Shown: one piece after another, positions 62,691-64,000 of the stretch | Layout: every line of letters begins with the position of its first letter | How positions within the stretch are numbered: the first letter of the stretch is position 1 | Source: Hamiltosporidium tvaerminnensis FI-OER-3-3 | Lineage: Eukaryota; Fungi; Microsporidia | NCBI GenBank assembly: GCA_022605425.2 | Contig: CM061248.1 | Coordinates: forward strand, 310,001 to 374,000 | Reading direction: 5' to 3' | Length of the DNA: 64,000 bases | Position numbers and translations under genes: made by a program | The notes under the pieces: model-generated | The model's database searches: none | Seen by the model: the letters and a program-made list of their open reading frames with translations, nothing else | What the model was told of the DNA's origin: nothing

Positions 62691-63563
62691 ATCGGTCTCT
62701 TTTATTTATAATGATTTTTTTTCATCGAAGGAGAACCATTAAAATAGAGGTTTGATAAAAAAAAATTATTTGTTTCTTCTTAATCAAATTGCTTGCAAGA
62801 TGTTCTAAGTAGAAGAGTTTTAAAGAAAGTTTAAAATTTAAATGCAAAAATAAAATTATTTATTTCTTTTTAATCAAATTGCTTGCAAGATGTTCGAAGT
62901 AGAAAAGTTTCAAAGAAAGTTTAAAATTTAAAAGCAAAAATAAAATAAATTCAATAAATAAATTATTTCTTTTAATTCTTCCGTTAAAAACTGTTTTTAA
63001 ATCAATAATACTGTTTTTCATTGTCTCAATGTTTTTATCGTGAATTTCAAGAATGTTAAAAATATTTTCTTCTTAAAACGCTTCATATGTCTTTTCTTCG
63101 TCACTTATACTTTTAAATATTTTTTTTATATGTTTCTTAGGTATTTTCTACTTTTAAAAAGCTAATTATTTGCTCTTTCGTCTTATTTTTTATAAATAAT
63201 TTTGCTTTGGAATAAAAGGTCGTAAATTCTAATTAAAGAAAAATAAATCATAGATATAAAGATAAATTGAAATACACAACATATTTGCTCAAATGATTAT
63301 CATAGATGTAAACTATCTTTTATAGTTGATGTCATACTTTTTTTGCTTCTTTTCTTCTAAAAAAATGTTGTTCAAATATAAAAATCAAATAAGAAAATTT
63401 AAAGAAAAATGTAAAGAACAACAGAAGAGGAAGATAAACAGAAAAATACAGCCTTAAGATATGTATTTGTACAATATAAGAAAGTTTTAATGATTTTTTT
63501 CATCATTTTTTTTTAAAAAAATCTCTATAAACAAAAAAGACGATTAGGATTACGACAATAAAT
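62691..63563 (-). repeat. Long inverted repeat, copy B (partner 4888-5666), with an extra 90-bp internal duplication
   Basis: Reverse complement of copy A; TAATCAAATTGCTTGCAAGATG occurs at both 62781 and 62871. Confidence 0.95.
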
Positions 63564-63849
63564 AAAACCTCTTCAATCATACTTGTATTATACTAACAGC
63601 ATCAAAACCATTAAACCCTCTAATAAACCTTCTTCTTTATTTCCGTTCTATTAAAACACTTTGGCTTATTCCACACAATATTAACAACCTGTTAACCAAT
63701 AATTTATCTAATAACACCATTTAATCAACAACTGATACATTAACACCCTAACTTACTAAGCTCTATATTAACACCCTTTTGCCTAACATATCTTTTATTA
63801 ATACCCCTTTAAATCACAACACTCTTATTAACACCCTTTAAAAAAATTT

Positions 63850-64000
63850 AACTGTTTTTCAACGTATTTAATTTACCCTTATATGGTAGAAAAAAAATTA
63901 TGATATAATAAACCCCTTTATGAACAAATTAAACTGTTTTGCAACGTATTTAATATATCCTTATATGGTAAAAAGAAAATTTTATGATATAATAAACCCC
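63850..64000. repeat. Tandem repeat, ~82-bp period, truncated by the window end
   Basis: AACTGTTTT.CAACGTATTTAAT at 63850 and 63932. Confidence 0.85.

Overview
Very AT-rich, gene-sparse eukaryotic DNA. Divergent intronless housekeeping genes and CCC motifs just upstream of ATGs point to a large-genome, TE-rich microsporidian (inference). Host genes: Ste24-like M48 protease, cytosolic Hsp70 (with heat-shock-element-like sites), Rrb1/GRWD1, Ykt6, a miniature Gpi16/PIG-T-like protein, a frameshifted Rom1/2-type RhoGEF, a TBC RabGAP, Gid4/Vid24, a multi-TM protein, a secreted orphan, SMC3 and a lone 5S rRNA. Intergenic DNA holds one ORF-intact 5'-truncated RT+RLE (R4/Dong-like) retrotransposon with a TSD and three decayed copies, Ginger-like and Merlin DNA transposons with TIRs, two Helitron relics, several minisatellites and a near-identical ~780-bp inverted repeat pair 57 kb apart. 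The most notable signal is two ~200-250-bp non-coding RTE-derived elements that share body and tail but have different structured RNA heads. One head is a twister ribozyme whose predicted cleavage site lies within ~2 nt of the insertion boundary. All calls come from reading the sequence by eye; no searches were run.
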